64,000 nt of DNA, from contig CAZOPW010000001.1 in assembly GCA_964581795.1 (NCBI GenBank), positions 8,359 through 72,358 on the forward strand, read 5' to 3'. Positions 60,336 through 64,000 of this stretch are shown piece after piece (the stretch's first letter is position 1; each line of letters begins with the position of its first letter). A program made the translations under genes and the position numbers. A model generated the notes under the pieces. That model searched no databases. It was given only the letters and a program-made list of their open reading frames with translations, and was not told where the DNA came from. This stretch comes from an uncultured Thermoplasmatales archaeon. Lineage in GTDB: Archaea; Thermoplasmatota; E2; DHVEG-1.

Positions 60336-61535
60336 TTATTTTTTAAGATGAAGAAGACCAGGCAATAATTTAATTAAGGAAGGAGTATGTTTTACCATCG
60401 GTCTTATTAATTTTGAGGGGTAATCTATATCTCCATGTTCATTTATAGTATTGAGTAAATGGGTTTCATTAAACTTAGCAATATATTTTTCAAACTGTTG
60501 ATCTGAAAGCCCGGCAAATAGCCCATGAAGTTTCATACCGATACTCAATTCTCTTCCTATTGTTTTTTTCCATTGGGTATGATATTTTGAAAGAAGTTGT
60601 TTAGTATATGTTTGGGTTTGTACAGCAGTGTTTATCGTTTGTGCTGCAATTTGTGCGCTGGTAAGACCTGTGAATATGCCCCCTCCTGAGGTAGGTTTGA
60701 CTTGTGCTGCAGCATCTCCAACAAGTAGAACTCTATCATCAACAGTTCGTTTTAATGCGCCCAACGGAATAATTCCTGCCATATATTCTTCTATAGCTGC
60801 ATGATCAAGATATGGTTTGGTATGATCATGATGAAGAAATTTATCAAAATATTCTTTTGGTGATTTATCAAAGGGAACACATAAACCAGCGCGTGCAGTG
60901 GTTCCCTTTTTATTTGTTGGAATAATCCATGCAAAAAATTCAGGGGCAATAGAGTTGCCAACAAAGATTTCAACTGCAGATGGATTAAGATTTGTATCTT
61001 TTAAGGATGCTCCTATTCCCTTTAAAAACTTTTGGGGGGAAGGAAAACAAAAGATATCTCGAACCACCGACTGGGGGCCATCTGCTCCTATAAGCATCAT
61101 ACTATGAATGTTTCTTTTTTTATTGGTATACGTTTCAATGTATGAATCGACTTGTTGAATTGATTGAACTTTCTCATTAGTGATTATTTTAGCTCCATAC
61201 TGTTCTGCATTGTCAGCTAAGGTCTGATCAAATTCGGTTCGATCAATGCTATAAGCATGGATTTTATTTCCACCGATAGTTAAAATATTATTTTTTGGTG
61301 AGTGTATGTTAGCAGTGCTTATACTATTTTGAATTATTTTTTGTGATGAAATATTAAATCTTTCGAACACTCGCGGAGTGATTAACCCTGCACATTGAAT
61401 TGGTTTCCCAATTGTTTTATGTTGTTCGATTACAGTTACACTTATTTCCTTTTTTGCAAGCAATTCTGCTAAATATAATCCACTTGGGCCTCCGCCGACA
61501 ATGGTTACATTAGTTTTTTCACACATAGTTTGCAT
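60336..61535 (-). CDS. Geranylgeranyl reductase family FAD-dependent oxidoreductase (digeranylgeranylglycerophospholipid reductase-like)
   Basis: FAD-binding VTIVGGGPSGLYLAELLAKK N-terminus; ~400 aa. Confidence 0.8.
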   Translation of the reverse strand: MQTMCEKTNVTIVGGGPSGLYLAELLAKKEISVTVIEQHKTIGKPIQCAGLITPRVFERFNISSQKIIQNSISTANIHSPKNNILTIGGNKIHAYSIDRTEFDQTLADNAEQYGAKIITNEKVQSIQQVDSYIETYTNKKRNIHSMMLIGADGPQSVVRDIFCFPSPQKFLKGIGASLKDTNLNPSAVEIFVGNSIAPEFFAWIIPTNKKGTTARAGLCVPFDKSPKEYFDKFLHHDHTKPYLDHAAIEEYMAGIIPLGALKRTVDDRVLLVGDAAAQVKPTSGGGIFTGLTSAQIAAQTINTAVQTQTYTKQLLSKYHTQWKKTIGRELSIGMKLHGLFAGLSDQQFEKYIAKFNETHLLNTINEHGDIDYPSKLIRPMVKHTPSLIKLLPGLLHLKK

Positions 61536-61615
61536 GAAGTAATTAGTAGAGGATTTATAATTGAATCGATAAGAAGTTTTCTTTTTTTATATAGTATACG
61601 GCTTGGTGTTAACAG

Positions 61616-61957
61616 ATGGTTTCATATACTATGATTTATTTTTTGGTGTTGATGGTTTTTAATGGACATTACTCTAGGCAAGGAAAAAGAATCGATAATA
61701 ATAACAATAATAGTCTTATATGTAAATTTGTTTTTGATGGATTAGGTAAGCCTATAGGTGAAAGTATTTGTGTTGAACATGATTTAATAATCGTGAAAAC
61801 AGAAGATTCGTTTTTAGGTATTCCGTTAAAACATGTCGAATCCGATGGGAAAAAAGTTGTGGTTAAGGGATTGGTTGATAAAAAAAATGCAAAAAAACTT
61901 GGCGAACGATGGCGAAAGAAGGAGCTTAAAAAGGATGGTGTTATTTATCGAAAATAA
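61616..61957 (+). CDS. Small basic hypothetical protein
   Basis: ORF only. Confidence 0.3.
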   Translation: MVSYTMIYFLVLMVFNGHYSRQGKRIDNNNNNSLICKFVFDGLGKPIGESICVEHDLIIVKTEDSFLGIPLKHVESDGKKVVVKGLVDKKNAKKLGERWRKKELKKDGVIYRK

Positions 61958-61973
61958 TGCTTTTGAATATAAA

Positions 61974-62315
61974 ATGGTCATTGTTACAAGAAAAGATTTA
62001 AAACTTTCAAAAGGCAAGCTTGCTGCTCAGGTTGCTCATGCTGCAGTAACCTGTGCTCTTGAAACAAAAAAACACAACAACAAGTGGTTTCAAAAATGGA
62101 TGAGAGAAGGAGCAAAAAAAGCGATTGTTAAAACAGATCATGTTGATGATTTTAGTAAATTAAAACAGCTAGCAGATAACCTAAAAATCGAGTCTATCAT
62201 CATTAGTGATGCAGGACATACTGAAATCCCATCAGGAACAAAAACGGTACTTGGCCTTGGTCCTGCTCCAACTAACTTGATTGATCAAATAACCGGAGAT
62301 CTTTCACTTTTATAA
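61974..62315 (+). CDS. pth2: Peptidyl-tRNA hydrolase Pth2 (archaeal/eukaryotic type)
   Basis: MVIVTRKDLKLSKGKLAAQVAHAA and LGLGPAP C-terminus. ORF-track start 61833 is an upstream extension overlapping the preceding ORF. Confidence 0.8.
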   Translation: MVIVTRKDLKLSKGKLAAQVAHAAVTCALETKKHNNKWFQKWMREGAKKAIVKTDHVDDFSKLKQLADNLKIESIIISDAGHTEIPSGTKTVLGLGPAPTNLIDQITGDLSLL

Positions 62316-62339
62316 AAAAAATGAAAAAAAGAGATTTTT

Positions 62340-63089
62340 TTATTCCCTTTTTTTGTTAATAAAGATTATTGCGATAAATGCAATAAAGACCGCTAGGATT
62401 TCAAAACCAGGTGTTCCAGATGGGGGTGGAGTATTCTTACTTTGATCTTGATTGTTTTCATCTTCTTTATTTGTATCTTGATTGGTTTCTTCATCGTTTG
62501 TGTCGTCTCCATTCGTCTCACTTGTATCTTCTCCATCATACATAGCATAATTTTCTGGTGCCCAATCTCCCCACCATTCACTACTCATATCATTGTATGT
62601 AGTATATTCTGCTGCCCATCCCCAAACCTCAATACCTGTTTCAAAGGTTCCAATATTATCAAATGTACCAGTTATCGTATTTCCTGAAGCTGTAATATCT
62701 GGTTCAAAATCCATGTTGTATGATCCTTCTTCAGTGCTAACTGCCCAACCCGTTCCTTCTCCTTCATTCCAAGAGATGAAATAGTTGGAATCGCTGGTAT
62801 TTAAATATGCCCAATATGATATTAACCTGGAATTGGAGATTGTACCTACCACTTTGATTGTTAATGTAACTTGGTTAGCACCGGTTGAATATGAAATTTC
62901 GGTAATATCTATGTCTGGTTTGTTACTTACTGCTTCATCCCATCCATATGATCCTTGATTGAAATGCCAGTGATATACATCTGATGTTTGATCTGTTATC
63001 GCCTCACCTGAAATTGTTGGAAGCACGGATATAAATAATGCCAATCCAAATAGTGCTATCAATATTTTTTTCATACTAATTTTCTCCAT
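62340..63089 (-). CDS. Secreted acidic protein with PGF-CTERM archaeosortase sorting signal
   Basis: Signal peptide; C-terminus ...PPPSGTPGFEILAVFIAFIAIIFINKKRE (PGF motif + TM + basic tail); Asp/Glu/Thr-rich linker. Confidence 0.75.
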   Translation of the reverse strand: MEKISMKKILIALFGLALFISVLPTISGEAITDQTSDVYHWHFNQGSYGWDEAVSNKPDIDITEISYSTGANQVTLTIKVVGTISNSRLISYWAYLNTSDSNYFISWNEGEGTGWAVSTEEGSYNMDFEPDITASGNTITGTFDNIGTFETGIEVWGWAAEYTTYNDMSSEWWGDWAPENYAMYDGEDTSETNGDDTNDEETNQDTNKEDENNQDQSKNTPPPSGTPGFEILAVFIAFIAIIFINKKRE

Positions 63090-63235
63090 TCTTTTTATAA
63101 GAGTATATTTCTCTTTGATTTATATTTGTCGAAAAAAAACTCAGTTTTTTACTTGACATATTCGTTTAAAAAAACCAAAATATTTTTATTCATTCTGTGA
63201 TATTGACTTATGATTCTTACCGGAGGTCGGATGAG

Positions 63236-63619
63236 ATGAGTGATGTCGAAAAAACAATTGGAAATAACGCTGGTCGTATTTGGGATGTTTTAAATGAATA
63301 CGGTCCTCAAGTTCGATCAAAAATCATTGAAAAAACGAAGATGCCTGAAGAAGATTTTTTTGGGGCAATTGGATGGCTCGCTAGGGAAAATAAAATAAGA
63401 AAAGAAAAAAGAACATTTAAAGTTGGGGAAACAAATTTGACTGATAAAATTGGGTTAAATGCTGGAAAAGTATGGGAAGTATTACACAAAAGAAATGACT
63501 TAGATATTTCAGGAATCGCCCGGCTTTCCAAAGTGAAAAAAAGAGACTGTTATTCTGCTATTGGATGGCTTGCTCGTGAAGGTAAAGTCACCGCTAAAAT
63601 TGCTGTACGTAAAAAATAA
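63236..63619 (+). CDS. Tandem-duplicated winged-helix protein (two DUF2582-like repeats)
   Basis: Internal repeat IGNNAGRIWDVLNEYGPQ...FFGAIGWLARENKI / IGLNAGKVWEVLHKRNDL...CYSAIGWLAREGKV. ATG at 63236 preceded by GGAGGTCGG SD; ORF-track GTG start at 63197 less likely. Confidence 0.55.
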   Translation: MSDVEKTIGNNAGRIWDVLNEYGPQVRSKIIEKTKMPEEDFFGAIGWLARENKIRKEKRTFKVGETNLTDKIGLNAGKVWEVLHKRNDLDISGIARLSKVKKRDCYSAIGWLAREGKVTAKIAVRKK

Positions 63620-63732
63620 ATATTTAAATTTAAGTAATATTTTATACGTTAATTAAAACCATCATGGTTTTAACTTATTTTGTAAAGACAAAAACTTAAA
63701 TTAGTTTCTCTTCATTATTTGAATCGTCTCTA

Positions 63733-64000
63733 ATGAAATCTGAGATTAGGATCTTAGGTATTGATGATGCTCCATTTTCTTTTTCAGATAAAACTACTGA
63801 TATTATTGGGGTTGTTATGCGTGGTAATCACTACATAGAAGGGGTATTACATGATACCATAAATATAGATGGTAAGGATGCAACAACCGTCTGTGAATAC
63901 ATGATAACAAAGACACGGCATTACAAACAATTAAAAGCAGTGCTTCTTGATGGAGCAACATTCGGCGGATTTAATGTACTCGATATTGAAGCTATCTGGA
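63733..64000 (+). CDS. 3'-truncated DUF99/UPF0215-family protein
   Basis: N-terminal EIRILGIDDAPF motif; runs off the window end. Confidence 0.5.
   Translation, partial: MKSEIRILGIDDAPFSFSDKTTDIIGVVMRGNHYIEGVLHDTINIDGKDATTVCEYMITKTRHYKQLKAVLLDGATFGGFNVLDIEAIW

Noticed and set aside
1-64000. CRISPR arrays, rRNA or tRNA genes
   Set aside because: No short regularly spaced direct repeats were seen. No GC-rich ~75-nt islands with cloverleaf potential or rRNA-like conserved blocks were noticed in intergenic regions. A tRNA could still be missed without a covariance search.

Overview
Low-GC archaeal (euryarchaeal-type) chromosomal segment dominated by a motility/chemotaxis island, followed by housekeeping and surface-glycosylation genes.

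Positions 1 to ~5.6 kb hold paralogous, sequon-rich secreted surface proteins, one with a LamG-like domain.

Positions 5.8 to 16.4 kb hold a PAS/lysine-rich/PAS protein and then an archaellum accessory operon flaC-flaD/E-flaF-flaG-flaH-flaI-flaI'-flaJ on the + strand, with two tandem FlaI ATPase paralogs.

Positions 16.4 to 21.3 kb hold a convergent array of five archaellin genes on the - strand. Two of them are 100% identical copies, and a ~1 kb IS481-like element with a stop-interrupted transposase sits between the duplicated units.

Positions 21.5 to 25.5 kb hold small hypothetical or membrane proteins and a wHTH regulator.

Positions 25.6 to 34 kb hold a canonical archaeal che operon cheF-like/cheY/cheB/cheA/cheC x3/cheD/cheR on the - strand, in which CheB carries two receiver domains.

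Positions 35 to 40.7 kb hold an MCP, CheW, Zn-ribbon proteins and a CheV-like (CheW-REC) gene overlapping a GHKL ATPase gene.

Positions 42 to 64 kb hold housekeeping genes: eIF-2B/MtnA-family isomerase, topoisomerase I, purE, two-subunit GMP synthase, ubiX, GGGP synthase, IMPase, dihydroorotase-like, AMMECR1, PRPP synthetase, geranylgeranyl reductase and Pth2. Interleaved are an unusually long AglB/STT3 oligosaccharyltransferase (WWDYG motif) with C-terminal Cna-B/CarboxypepD_reg-like repeats, large sequon-rich surface proteins and a PGF-CTERM protein.

The most interesting signal is a recurring cis-element of 4-6 tandem hexamers of the form CANNTG / NANNTG (CAGGTG, CATATG, CATGTG). It abuts the upstream side of the TATA box at seven promoters: flaC operon, two archaellin promoters, MCP, wHTH regulator, a small membrane protein and a surface protein. 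It is absent from the che operon and housekeeping promoters. This is a candidate motility-regulon activator site analogous to EarA-type sites.

No rRNA, tRNA or CRISPR arrays were recognised. All annotations are from reading the ORF translations and nucleotide patterns; no database search was possible.
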